Positions 37,701 through 47,495 of a stretch of 50,617 nt of DNA are shown in pieces; the stretch's first letter is position 1; the number at the start of each line of letters is the position of its first letter. Under the pieces are notes generated by a model. That model saw only the letters and a list, made by a program, of their open reading frames with translations. It did no database searches and was not told the origin of the DNA. The DNA is from Fibrobacterales bacterium (GTDB taxonomy: Bacteria > Fibrobacterota > Fibrobacteria > Fibrobacterales > JAOPTW01), in assembly GCA_051532055.1 (NCBI GenBank), contig JAOPTX010000049.1, positions 38,664 to 89,280 of the forward strand, written 5' to 3'. The position numbers and the translations under genes were made by a program.

Positions 37701-40700
37701 TTCCACCCGAGCCGATGATACTCCAAGTAAAAGGAGCGGCGATAACATCACCAAATTGGTCGTAACCAATTGCAGTATATAGCTGTTGATCACCAATGTC
37801 AAGAGTAACGACTACTGGTGTGAGTGTGATAGATGTGAGGATCGGGTTGTCGTAAATTACCACATTTGCAGTGGTAACTACTGAAGCTGATGAGACAGAA
37901 ATGATTGTACCACTAGAAGCACTGATTGCAGAAAATAATCCGTTAATATCAATAGTTCCGGCTGTACCAACAACACCCCATCTGAATGTAGTAGCAATCG
38001 GATCACCAAACTGGTCAGTCGCTGTTGCGTTGAACTGGAGATCTTGGCCAATAGAAAGTGTTGCAGTAGTAGGGGTAAGAGTAATAGTTGTAACTACTGG
38101 TTCTTCAGATACGGTTGCTGTTGCTATTGCTACAACGCCACTTGAACTTGCAGTGATAGTTGCAACGCCTTCTTCTGAGCCGGTAAAGAAGCCATTGTTA
38201 TCAATAGTTCCTTTAGATGCGGCCCAAGTATAGGTTGCTGGAATTGGATTACCAAATTGGTCAAATCCTTCAACAGTAAACTGTACATCATCTCCAAATG
38301 CTAGTGTAACAGTACTTGGAGTGATAACCGCAATGGTTAATACTGGCTGTGCTGAAACTGTTACAGAAGCAGTACCAGTAATAGTACCCGAAGTCGCTGT
38401 GATAGTAGCACTTCCTTCAACAGAACCACTGTATAGCCCTGCTGGTGTTATGGTACCAATATCTGCACTCCATGTATAAGTCGCTGGAATTAAATTACCG
38501 AATTGATCAAATCCTTCAACAGTAAATTGCTGCGTGCCTCCAAAAGCCATAGTGACAACATCTGGAGTAACAACAATAGTCGAAAGGGTCGGTTGTGCTG
38601 ATACAATAACAGTAACAGTCGCAGTAACAGCGCCTGCAGTTGCAGAGATTGTTGCAGAACCTTCTGCAGAACCAGAATAGAGGCCACTAGTAGATATTGA
38701 ACCGATGTCTGCACTCCATGTAAAGTTTTCTGGAATGGTGTTACCGAACTGATCATACCCTTGAACCATAAATTGCACTGTGCCACCGAATGGGATAGTA
38801 GTGTTACCCGGTGTGATTACAGCAGATGTGATTACGGGTTGTGCTGCAACGGTTGCAGTTACTGATGTGGTTACAGAACCAGAGGTAGCAGTAATAGTTG
38901 CAATACCGCCTTGTGAACCAGTAAAAAGTCCCACAGGTGAAATTGACCCAATAGAAGTACTCCAGGTATAAGCGGCAGGAATTGAATTACCAAATTGGTC
39001 AAACCCTTCTACTGCAAATTGGATAGTTCCACCATAGGGAATCGCTGAATTGTCAGGGGTGACCACAGCAGAAGTAAGAACAGGCTGCTCAGCCACGGTT
39101 GCAGTTACTGATGCGGTTACTGCACCAGAAGTAGCAGTAATTGTTGCAATACCTTCTTGAGTACCTACAAAGAGGCCAGTAGCAGTAATAGTACCAATAG
39201 AAGTACTCCACGTAAACGAAGCGTTTATAGGGTTACCATATTGATCGAAGCCTTCAACAAAGAACTGCTCTGAAGCGCCAAAGGGGAGACTCACACCATT
39301 AGGAGAAACCACTGCTGTAGTAAGTACCGGTGCATCAGCAACAGTGATTGTTGCGGTTGCTGAGACTGGACTATTGGGAGCAGAAGCGGTAATGGTTGCA
39401 ATTCCTGCAGTGGAACCATAATAGTAACCATCAAGGCCGATAGTACCAATTGTAGCACTCCAAGTAAAGGCTGCATTTATCGGGTTACCAAATTGATCGA
39501 ATCCTTGAACGTGTAGTTGCTGAGTCCCTTCAAAATCAATTGAAGCAACCGTTGGGGTTACTAATGCACTTGAGAGTATGGGTAACTCTATAACCGTAAC
39601 ATCGGCATCGGTAGTTATTGTACCCGAAGTTGCAGTAACGATACCAGTACCTGGTATAGAACTGGTATAGGTTCCTGATGCATCGATAGTACCTAAGGTC
39701 GTTGACCAATCAATGACCGCTATAATAGACTCACCATATTGGTCAAATGCTTCAGCATTAAATTGTTCAGTTTGATACTGATCAATGGTAGTAGCAGTAG
39801 GGTTTACTACAATAGAAGTGATTTGTGGAGCTGCTAAGACGGTTACAGTGACTGACTCAGAAATACCTTCTGCAGAAGCAGTGACTGTTGTAGGCCCTTC
39901 GGTTGATGGGGTATAGAGACCGGTTGTAGAAATTGAACCACTCGCTGCATTCCAATCGATGATCGCGAGGTACGGATCATTAAATTGGTCAAATGCTGTA
40001 GCAGTAAACTGTTGTGTCTCGCCAATTTTAACATCACTTGTTGCTGGAGTTACTTGAATAGAGGTCAAGACTGGTGGGTCATTGACATAGGGTGTTCCCA
40101 TAACTTCAAATGTGTGTATTGAAAATCCCCATTCTGTAGTACGCGTTACGCCATACATGCGAATGTAGCCCACTTTTTCTCTGTTCAAGGTGTGGTTATC
40201 TGTTCCACCATTTCCATAAGCAGTTGAATAGGCTGTTGTCCAGTTACTGCCATTTTCAGATACTTCTATGCGGTAAGAGCGAGCAGCAGCTGTTTCCCAC
40301 TTGATTTTTGAAGTAGTGATATTAAAGAGGCCTTGAAGGTTAATTTGTAGGTATTGGTTGTTTTGGAAGGCTGAAGACCATCGTGAAATGTCATTTCCAT
40401 CATTGGCTTCTGAAGCAGAGTGACCCGATTCATTCGTTGAAGCAGAAGCTGGTTTGTGTAATGCGACATCACTTGGAAGTGCGACAGTCGTTACCGAAAC
40501 ATATCCTGTTACTGAACCAGAGCTTGCAACGATACGTGATGCATTTGATGCTGCCGTTGCAGTAAAACGTCCTGATTGATTAATTGTTCCTGCACTGCCC
40601 AGTACACTCCATGTAAGTGATGGAATAGCGATGCTATTACCATATTGGTCAGTACCTGTTGCAGCATATTGTTGATTGCCACCGACGGTAACTGTTCGAT

Positions 40701-43700
40701 TGTCTGGGGTAACGGTAATAGAAGCAAGTGTTGGTGCTGCTGTTACCGTAATTGATGTTGATTCAGATACGCCGTTTGAGGTTGCAGTAACTGTAAATGC
40801 GCCATCTACTGATGCCGTGTAAAGCCCTGAAGATGCAATAGATCCACCATCAGTACTCCAAACTGGAGTAAAGGCAATGAGATTACCAAATTGGTCATAT
40901 CCAACAGCACTATATTGAAGAGTTGTTCCTTCACCAATAGTTTGATTAATAGGAGCAAGCTCAATTCTAACGAGCATTGGAGCATCGGTAACGGTAATGC
41001 CTGTAGAGGCGGTAATACCACTGAGATTCGCTGTAACAATGTAGGCGCCAGCTAAGCTGCCAGTATAGAGACCTGTTGTAGAAATGGTTCCACCATTAGT
41101 AGTCCAAGTAGGGCTGATAGCACCCATTGCTGTACCGTACTGATCAAAGCCAACAGCGCTATATTGAAGAGTGGTACCTTCCATAATGATATCATTTAGT
41201 GGAGATACTACAATTCTATCAAGTCTTGGTGCGTCGTTAATAGTAATTGATGTGGAAGTAATAACACCGTTTTCAGTACCGGTAACAGTGAATGCTCCTG
41301 GAGCTGAACCAGTATAGAGTCCTGCGGCATTGATAGATCCACCATCAGTAGTCCATGTAGGATTAACTGCTATTGGGTTTCCGTATTGATCAATTCCTGT
41401 TGCACTGTATTGAAGGGTTGCACCTTCCATGATTGTTTCATTGAGAGGAGTAATAGTAAGGATACTCACCGCAGGTGCATCATTAATGGTGATAGGTGTT
41501 GAAGCCGTAACACCATTTTCAGTAGCGGTAACGGTGAATACTCCTGGAGTAGATCCTGTATAGAGTCCTGTGGCATCAATAGAACCACCAGTTGAAGTCC
41601 ATGTAGGATTAAGCGCTATAGGATTTCCGTATTGATCAATTCCTATTACACTGTATTGAAGAGTAGCACCCTCCATGATTGTTTCATCAAGTGGGGAAAT
41701 ATTAATAACGTCCACTCGTGGTGCATCATTAATGGTGATTGATGTAGTCGCAATCACACCACTTTCAGTAGCAGTAACGGTGAATACCCCTGGAGTCGAA
41801 CCTGTGTAAAGGGCTGCAGCATCAATTGATCCACCAGTAGTTGTCCAAGTAGGATTGACTGCAATAGCGTCGCCATATTGATCAATTCCTGTTGCGCTGT
41901 ATAGGAGCGTTGCACCTTCCATGATAGTTTCATTAAGTGGTGTAATGTTGATGATATCTAGTCGTGGTGCATCATTAATAGTGATTGGTACTGATGCTGT
42001 AATACCATTTTCAGTAGCAGTAACGGTGAAAGCGCCCGGAACTGAACCAGTGTAAAGAGCTGCAGCGTCAATAGAACCCCCAGTAGTTGTCCATGTAGGG
42101 TTGACTGCAATAGCGTCGCCATATTGGTCAATTCCTGTTGCGCTGTATTGAAGTGTTGCCCCCTCCATAATTGTTGCATTGAGAGGGGCAATGATGATAA
42201 TGGCAATTTCTGGAGCTGCATTTACCGTAACTGATGCGGTAGCAATAATACTATTTACTGTTGCAGTAATAGTGAAAGCCCCTGGAGTAGAACCGCTGTA
42301 GAGAGCTGCTGCATCGATCGATCCACCATCAGCACTCCATAGAGGTGCAATGGGTAAGGTATTACCAAATTGATCGTATCCTATAGCACTATATTGTACT
42401 GTTTCTCCTTCCATAATTATTTGATTAGAAGGGGAGACTACTATGTGATCTAGGGCCGGTGATTCAGCGACAAATAATTCAGCTGTTTGTGTAACAGAAC
42501 CACTACGTGCAGTTACTACATAGTAGCCACGTGTTGAAGGAGTTACCAGTCCATTTTGAGTAATCGTTGCTGAACCGCTCACTGACCATGTAATAGGTGC
42601 AGCAAATGGATCTCTGTTTTGATCAAGACCTTCGGCAGTAAATTGAGCCGTTTCGTTTGCACGTATTGTAGATATTGTTGGAGTAACATCAATGTACGTG
42701 AGCATAGGTGTTGAGCTGTTGTTTCCGGTTCCCCAAATTTTAAATGCCCAAAGTGAATAGCCATATTCGGTATTTCTTGTAATACCCTGCATTTTAACTT
42801 GAGTTACATTACTGAGATTAACATTATGAGAATCCCAGCCACCATCACCATTGAATTCTTCTTTTGCAATATGCCATGTACTGTTATCCCCAGCATATTT
42901 TACTTGAATTTGGTAGTGTTTCCCTGAGGCCGCTTCCCAATTGAATTGAACCTGGTTAATATCATATGAGCCTAATAGATCGATTGTTATTGACTGATTA
43001 TTTGTGAAATCAGAAGACCAGCGTGTATTACCATTTAAATCATTAACAAAATTTGAATAGTGTTGGCCTTCTTCTGAGCTGGCACTGACCCGTTTACCTG
43101 GTGCTATATCTGCATAGGGAGAAACCCCCGCTATAAACGATGCCGTTTGCTCTTGACCATTGAGAGCATTTGTTTGAAAACGAATACCTCCGGTTACATA
43201 ATCATTGTTTCCAGTATGAGCAATGTCGAAACAGAGTTTTGTATGCGCCGGTATTATTGTAAGCCTTGGTATGATTGACTGTTGGTTTGCATCTATTTCA
43301 AATGGTGCATCAATACCGATACCAAAAATTTCAGTTTGATACCCACCAGTATTTTCAATTGCAACTTCTCTTGTAATTGAACGATTACTGTGTACAAGAA
43401 TCATCTCATTGTTGTCAGTGTCATATGCTGCAATATCAATATCAGCATCTCTGTTAAAATCTAAGGCAACCATATGAGCCATTGTTCCGGTATAGATAGG
43501 AACTGGTGCTAAATATGTTGATCCCGATTTGTAGAGAATCGAGAGGGTTGGCCCTGTTACTAGATCGTTAACCACAGATAATAAGTCAGTTTCACCATCA
43601 TTATTCAGGTCAGAAATAATAACTTGACCAGATAATCCGGCGTGAGGCACTGTAAAAGGGGTAAAGCTTCCTGCAAGACTGGTATATCCTTTGATATGGT

Positions 43701-46700
43701 CAAATTCGCCCACAAGAACAACATCAGGAAGATTGTCACCATTGATATGGCCAACTGAGATTGTTGGTGCGGTGCCAGAAAATGATTCGTAAACGGTATA
43801 ATCATAACTTGCACTTATATTATTAAGATACCCTGTATTGAGATATGAAACAAATTCAAAGAGGCTTGTATTGGTATTATAGATTATTCCTGCAAAATCC
43901 ATTTGGCCATCGTTGTTAATATCAAGATGTTTAATTGTGTGGATTGTTGAATGCATTAATGAAATGAGAAGATTTAGGGAAAATATTTCGTTACCACTAT
44001 TAGTGAGTAACACAATAGAGTTACTGGTAATGTCCGTGAGGATAATATCCATAGCACCATCGGAATCAAAATCGAGGATGCTTATTTCTTTAGCGAACAA
44101 TCCTTGTACAATGCTGTGCCGAGTAAATGATTGGGAACCATTATTTTCGAACCAAAGTAATTCTGACGTTGACCCTGCAATACTTACTGATGCAACTAAG
44201 TCCATATCACCATCGCCATCAAGGTCACCCATTTCAAGAGCGTCGTATTGTTCTTGTGCTATAGTTCCCTGAGCGATAATTTGATGATTAAATGGTGTGT
44301 TACACACATCTGCATTATTGAGCCATACGAGATTTGACGTTACCGGTGAGGCATTGACCATTGAACCGAGAACATAATCAGGATCGCCATCATTATCGAG
44401 GTCACCTACAGTATAAGAACCACTGTGACTGAGGGCACCAACCGATGGCTCAGGAGTAAATGTTTCATTTACTGGACCACTGATATCACCAAAGTCAATA
44501 ACTGAAGGAGTTACATACGCAAAATTGTCGGCTTCAATAACAATTGTTGTAGGAAGTGGTAAGGGTGATGTACCGACACCATTATGTAGAAACTCTATAT
44601 CAGAGCTATAAGTACCTCCATTGAGTGTTCCTGCATCAAGAGTGATGTTGATGGTCGTTGATGCGCCAGGGGCAACAGTATACAGAGATGTTGGAACAAT
44701 GATCCATGCTTCGCTTGCTATAAGCGTAAATTCAAGAGGTTGTTGTCCTGTATTGGTAACGATAAAGGGTACTACACGAGCTTCACCTTCAATGAGGTTT
44801 TCTGTTATATCTGGATTAGAGAAGGTAAGAATGGGGCCATTGTCAGCGTTGGTCTGTACGTCTATTGTAAGAGTACTTGGAGTTGCTTGACTCTCAATAA
44901 TGAGTTGTCCCACTTGAATGCCTGCTGCAATAGGGCTAAATGTAGCGGGGAGAGTAAGGCTTCCAAAGGCTGGTACGGTGAGAGGAGCACTTAAGTTAGG
45001 CATTACTTCACCAAGTGTTGAAGTAATGCTATGGATTGAAACATCACTATTACAGGTATTGTGTAATTCAATAGATTCAGTAGCAGTATTACCAATCCAC
45101 GTTAATGGGAAGGTAAGAGTACTGGGGACGGTAGTTAATGTACCGCATGTGCCAATATTTAAGGTAACCGGTAACGTAACAACTGGGGATGCGGGGTCGC
45201 TGGTTTCGACTTCGATCTCAACTTCCCATATTCCAGCTTCAAGTGTTGATGGGTCTACAGAAACAGTGAATTCAACTGATCCGCCAGGAATAATAGTACC
45301 GTTGCCATTGTCAGTAACAGTAAACCACGTTGGAGTAGCTTTACTTACTGCATTCAATGCATTGAGGCGTCCACCGGTAACAGATTTTCCAAAGAAGTGT
45401 CCAACAGGGTCTGTATTGTCGAGAATGAGGTTTTTCATTTGCACTGCAGTGATAGATGGGTTTAATGAATAAATAAGTGCAGCAACACCTGAAACAAATG
45501 GCGCAGCAACAGAAGTACCATGTGCATTTTGGTAGGCATCGTTACGTGAAGTTGTATAAATACTCTCACCAGGAGCCATTAGGTCTACGCTGATAGCACC
45601 ATAATTGGAGTGGTTAGCAATCCAGTCGAGGTGTGTTGATGAACCAACAGAAATAATGTTATCGGAAGTGTATGCGGCAGGGTATACTGGATTATCATCT
45701 GAGTTTTGACCAGAGTTACCAGCTGCACAGATAAAAAGTGCATCACTACCATCAATTGCGTCTTTCAGCATTTGACTGTAAGAAGTACCACCCCAACTAT
45801 TGTTTATAATAGGGATATTGTTATTGATAGCATAATAGATTGCTTGAAGTGCGCCTATTGAATTACCGTTTCCTGTAGCATCAAGAAATTTAAGAGAGAC
45901 GAGCTGTGTATTCCAGGCAATACCAGTAATACCGTCATTGTTGTCTCCTTTTGCGGCTATGATGCCGGCAACATTAGAGCCATGGTTGTAGTCATCACGG
46001 GCATCGTTTGTATCATCGATAAAGTTCCAGCCATGAACATCGTCAATATAGCCGTTTAGGTCATCATCAATACCATTGTTTGGTATTTCATTTGGGTTTG
46101 TCCAAAGATTATCAGCAAGCTCAGGGTGGTCATAATCAATACCACTATCAATAATTGCGACTACAGTAGTACGCTCACCAGTTGTGTAGTCCCATGCTTC
46201 GGGCATATCGATATCAGAATCAGCAATACCACCCGTTTGTCCGGTGTTATTGAGTCCCCATTGATTACTAAAATCAGTATCATTTGGTATACCTTGTGCA
46301 GAGATGATCCAGTTCGGTTCTGCATAGAGTATTTCTGGGTCGTTATTAAGAGATGCAACGGCTTCTGTAACCGCTTCTATAGTCTCTTCGGAGAGGGTAA
46401 GTACTAATATTTTTTGCTGGGTAGAGGAGAGGAGGGATATGACTTCATTTTTTACTTGGGGAGGCACAATTGTTTTTATGTGATCAATAGACAGTCCATC
46501 AAAAGCGACGGGGTAGGTCGATAGTGCTGAGAATGACGAGACTCCAAGGGGTTCCTGTATTGCGACAATTACTTCACCAGGAACAAAATTTGTTGAGTTC
46601 TGTGCTTGGTGTGTAAGCATTGCTTGTGGTACAGGAGTAGATTGGGCAAAGTTTGTTATAGTAGATGTTACCACAGGTCTATTAACTATAGAGGTACTGC

Positions 46701-46887
46701 GTACCGAATAGGAAATAGGTACTGCGCTTCCATTGGTGAGGACCGAAGTTTGTACTTCAGTTTGGTCACTAGGAATAAGCGAAAATTGTAAATCAGCCGG
46801 TGAAAAAGTGGCTGCCGCTAACGAGTTAATTGTTAGGAACAAAGGAATTGATAAGACCTGAGCCCAAAGTTTAGGTGTTTTTATCAT
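34777..46887 (-). CDS. Giant secreted S8 (subtilase) protease/adhesin with FG-GAP, 3x F5/8-C (CBM32), 27 Ig-like repeats and C-terminal CBM4/9
   Basis: Signal peptide from ATG 46887 (GGAG RBS; ORF track starts 46944); triad IIDSGID / HGSNVAG / GTSVAAP and AAGN; DxDxDGDxD repeats; RWSS..F modules; DQ[FY]G repeats; VKNGDF...LDNI. Confidence 0.92.
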   Translation of the reverse strand: MIKTPKLWAQVLSIPLFLTINSLAAATFSPADLQFSLIPSDQTEVQTSVLTNGSAVPISYSVRSTSIVNRPVVTSTITNFAQSTPVPQAMLTHQAQNSTNFVPGEVIVAIQEPLGVSSFSALSTYPVAFDGLSIDHIKTIVPPQVKNEVISLLSSTQQKILVLTLSEETIEAVTEAVASLNNDPEILYAEPNWIISAQGIPNDTDFSNQWGLNNTGQTGGIADSDIDMPEAWDYTTGERTTVVAIIDSGIDYDHPELADNLWTNPNEIPNNGIDDDLNGYIDDVHGWNFIDDTNDARDDYNHGSNVAGIIAAKGDNNDGITGIAWNTQLVSLKFLDATGNGNSIGALQAIYYAINNNIPIINNSWGGTSYSQMLKDAIDGSDALFICAAGNSGQNSDDNPVYPAAYTSDNIISVGSSTHLDWIANHSNYGAISVDLMAPGESIYTTSRNDAYQNAHGTSVAAPFVSGVAALIYSLNPSITAVQMKNLILDNTDPVGHFFGKSVTGGRLNALNAVSKATPTWFTVTDNGNGTIIPGGSVEFTVSVDPSTLEAGIWEVEIEVETSDPASPVVTLPVTLNIGTCGTLTTVPSTLTFPLTWIGNTATESIELHNTCNSDVSIHSITSTLGEVMPNLSAPLTVPAFGSLTLPATFSPIAAGIQVGQLIIESQATPSTLTIDVQTNADNGPILTFSNPDITENLIEGEARVVPFIVTNTGQQPLEFTLIASEAWIIVPTSLYTVAPGASTTINITLDAGTLNGGTYSSDIEFLHNGVGTSPLPLPTTIVIEADNFAYVTPSVIDFGDISGPVNETFTPEPSVGALSHSGSYTVGDLDNDGDPDYVLGSMVNASPVTSNLVWLNNADVCNTPFNHQIIAQGTIAQEQYDALEMGDLDGDGDMDLVASVSIAGSTSELLWFENNGSQSFTRHSIVQGLFAKEISILDFDSDGAMDIILTDITSNSIVLLTNSGNEIFSLNLLISLMHSTIHTIKHLDINNDGQMDFAGIIYNTNTSLFEFVSYLNTGYLNNISASYDYTVYESFSGTAPTISVGHINGDNLPDVVLVGEFDHIKGYTSLAGSFTPFTVPHAGLSGQVIISDLNNDGETDLLSVVNDLVTGPTLSILYKSGSTYLAPVPIYTGTMAHMVALDFNRDADIDIAAYDTDNNEMILVHSNRSITREVAIENTGGYQTEIFGIGIDAPFEIDANQQSIIPRLTIIPAHTKLCFDIAHTGNNDYVTGGIRFQTNALNGQEQTASFIAGVSPYADIAPGKRVSASSEEGQHYSNFVNDLNGNTRWSSDFTNNQSITIDLLGSYDINQVQFNWEAASGKHYQIQVKYAGDNSTWHIAKEEFNGDGGWDSHNVNLSNVTQVKMQGITRNTEYGYSLWAFKIWGTGNNSSTPMLTYIDVTPTISTIRANETAQFTAEGLDQNRDPFAAPITWSVSGSATITQNGLVTPSTRGYYVVTARSGSVTQTAELFVAESPALDHIVVSPSNQIIMEGETVQYSAIGYDQFGNTLPIAPLWSADGGSIDAAALYSGSTPGAFTITATVNSIIATASVTVNAAPEIAIIIIAPLNATIMEGATLQYSATGIDQYGDAIAVNPTWTTTGGSIDAAALYTGSVPGAFTVTATENGITASVPITINDAPRLDIINITPLNETIMEGATLLYSATGIDQYGDAIAVNPTWTTTGGSIDAAALYTGSTPGVFTVTATESGVIATTSITINDAPRVDVINISPLDETIMEGATLQYSVIGIDQYGNPIALNPTWTSTGGSIDATGLYTGSTPGVFTVTATENGVTASTPITINDAPAVSILTITPLNETIMEGATLQYSATGIDQYGNPIAVNPTWTTDGGSINAAGLYTGSAPGAFTVTGTENGVITSTSITINDAPRLDRIVVSPLNDIIMEGTTLQYSAVGFDQYGTAMGAISPTWTTNGGTISTTGLYTGSLAGAYIVTANLSGITASTGITVTDAPMLVRIELAPINQTIGEGTTLQYSAVGYDQFGNLIAFTPVWSTDGGSIASSGLYTASVDGAFTVTATSNGVSESTSITVTAAPTLASITVTPDNRTVTVGGNQQYAATGTDQYGNSIAIPSLTWSVLGSAGTINQSGRFTATAASNASRIVASSGSVTGYVSVTTVALPSDVALHKPASASTNESGHSASEANDGNDISRWSSAFQNNQYLQINLQGLFNITTSKIKWETAAARSYRIEVSENGSNWTTAYSTAYGNGGTDNHTLNREKVGYIRMYGVTRTTEWGFSIHTFEVMGTPYVNDPPVLTSIQVTPATSDVKIGETQQFTATAFDQFNDPYLAIIDWNAASGSISTTGLYTPSTEGPTTVTASAEGISESVTVTVLAAPQITSIVVNPTATTIDQYQTEQFNAEAFDQYGESIIAVIDWSTTLGTIDASGTYTSSIPGTGIVTATSGTITTDADVTVIELPILSSALVTPTVASIDFEGTQQLHVQGFDQFGNPINAAFTWSATIGTIGLDGYYYGSTAGIATITASAPNSPVSATATITVADAPVLTTAVVSPNGVSLPFGASEQFFVEGFDQYGNPINASFTWSTSIGTITATGLFVGTQEGIATITATSGAVTASVTATVAEQPVLTSAVVTPDNSAIPYGGTIQFAVEGFDQFGNSIPAAYTWSTSIGSISPVGLFTGSQGGIATITATSGSVTTSVTATVAAQPVITSAVITPGNTTIPFGGTVQFMVQGYDQFGNTIPENFTWSADIGSISTSGLYSGSAEGSATISATAGAVTATVTVIVSAQPTLSTIVVTPDVVTMAFGGTQQFTVEGFDQFGNLIPATYTWSADIGTITPAGLYSGSVEGSATITATSGTITGTASVTVSAQPVLTIAVITPSTVTLAFGDDVQFTVEGFDQFGNPIPATYTWAASKGTIDNNGFFTGSEEGVATITASSSGVVAIATATVSEEPVVTTITLTPTTATLSIGQDLQFNATATDQFGDPIATTFRWGVVGTAGTIDINGLFSAISASSGTIISVSSASVVTTANVVIYDNPILTSITLTPVVVTLDIGDQQLYTAIGYDQFGDVIAAPFTWSIIGSGGTINTSGRFVATAASQNTKVMVTSGSVTAQATVRVNAVPVDVALNKSATASSTESGYPARYANDGNSTSRWSSSFSDPQWLEIDLNGQFDLSSVRLKWETAAAAQYQILVSADKSTWRVAYTVTNGNGGNDNFSINEQDVRYVRMRGTKRTTQWGYSLFNFEVYGVDHISDPPYLVAMDLTPKNVSIVAGQTQLYLATGLDQYGDNYDVTPTWSVNGSATIVNGTLSATDAGIYTVTATQGTGANLVEATTFITVTEAPRLAEIAVTPSNPTIMAGETQQFSVRGIDQFGDAFPVNPTWSTGTGATINNGLFTSNIGGTYIVEAIDGAITGSTSITVLAAPALNTIMVTPNNQIIMVGESLQFSATGEDQYGDPIATNPIWSTASGAAVNGGLFIPSQAGIYVVTATDGSVSNFASIEVLAAPALHSIDVTPNNQIIMVGESLQFSATGEDQYGNTFPVAATWSTTSGAVVNTGLFIPSQAGIYVVTATDGSVSNFASIEVLAAPALHSIDVTPNNQIIMVGESLQFSAAGEDQYGNTFPITAAWSTNSGAVVNGGLFIPSQAGIYTVTAADGSVSGFATIEVTAAPALHSIDVTPNNQIIKVGESLQFSAAGEDQYGNTFPVAATWSTNSGAVVNGGLFIPSQAGIFTVTAADGSVSGLATIEVLAAPTLFEITITPQNSFINANETQQFSVTGIDQYGNGYPVVPTWETSTDASITTNGLFTSAIASVYVVRATDGAVTATTNITVIELPRVDIVTVDHKEVEQGQSIALTYSAVDQFGNAITPASVTYAVNGGGTVSGNTFTATAAGTWNITVTADGVVGTNTVTVTNLPSMVKNGDFSNGKNDWKFSLYGGYATWSINNGRTYFDISNGGSADWNIQFEQQGFNLKQGKSYIFRFDAKATGSRTISAQVEKSTNPWTNYGSIPKTSLTTTMTTYEYPFVMPANDANARIVFNVGTYGNDITLDNIELIELP
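35206..42710 (-). repeat. Intragenic ~246-nt tandem repeats encoding Ig-like (Big_2-type) domains, in three blocks
   Basis: 27 DQ-motif units (mostly DQ[FY]G) counted as 9+10+8; 246-nt period e.g. ATACCCGCTTG at 35765/36011/36257/36503 and TTTCAGTA at 41271/41517/41763/42009. Confidence 0.9.
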
Positions 46888-47495
46888 AAATTGTATCTCC
46901 AATACATAGTGTTTTACAATACGAGAGAAACAAAAGGCTATCACCCAGAATGTTCAAAAGATAGTTTTGCCCTCTCGCTGTAGTTACCCCAGTAATAAAC
47001 TCTTAATTTCTTCCCCAAGAAAAGTAAGAGAATTTTACAGCTTCTAAACAGTAGTAAAAAGTTCTGCTTAATTCTTTTTAAGCAAAGAAGTTTTTACCAA
47101 TTGCACTAAATTGTTTCTTTTAATTTTACATAGAATCAATTAAGTACCATCCTAAAATAGCTAAAACTTTTAAAAATGATAGTGATGTAATAAAGATTTA
47201 CATAAAACTTGTAGGTCATTATAGCTTTATAGATAAGGGATTGAGATGGGGTGAGGTGTGAATTCTGTTTATCTTGTTACAAATTAACGAGTTATGACTG
47301 GATGTTTTAAGTATGGCTTTTTAAGTGATAAGGTTTCACTGTTACTAAATATTTACAATGACGCTGCTCACTAAATATCTTAATGTAATGCGTTTGTTTA
47401 CTTTGCGTTCTACTAAAAAGTGTTTCGAGTTTAAGCACACTATTTCATGAGTTATGAAATTAACGGTGGTAAGTATTTGCAATAAATCGGTGAAG

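Noticed and set aside
35206..42710. Regular repeats as a CRISPR array or mobile repeat
   Set aside because: Units are ~246 nt, in frame, degenerate at codon third positions and have no unique spacers, so they are protein-domain repeats.
46922..46990. Possible c-di-GMP-I riboswitch (GCAAAACTAT...GATAGCC)
   Set aside because: The GNRA-capped stem and the tetraloop-receptor elements are not evident; resemblance is only partial.
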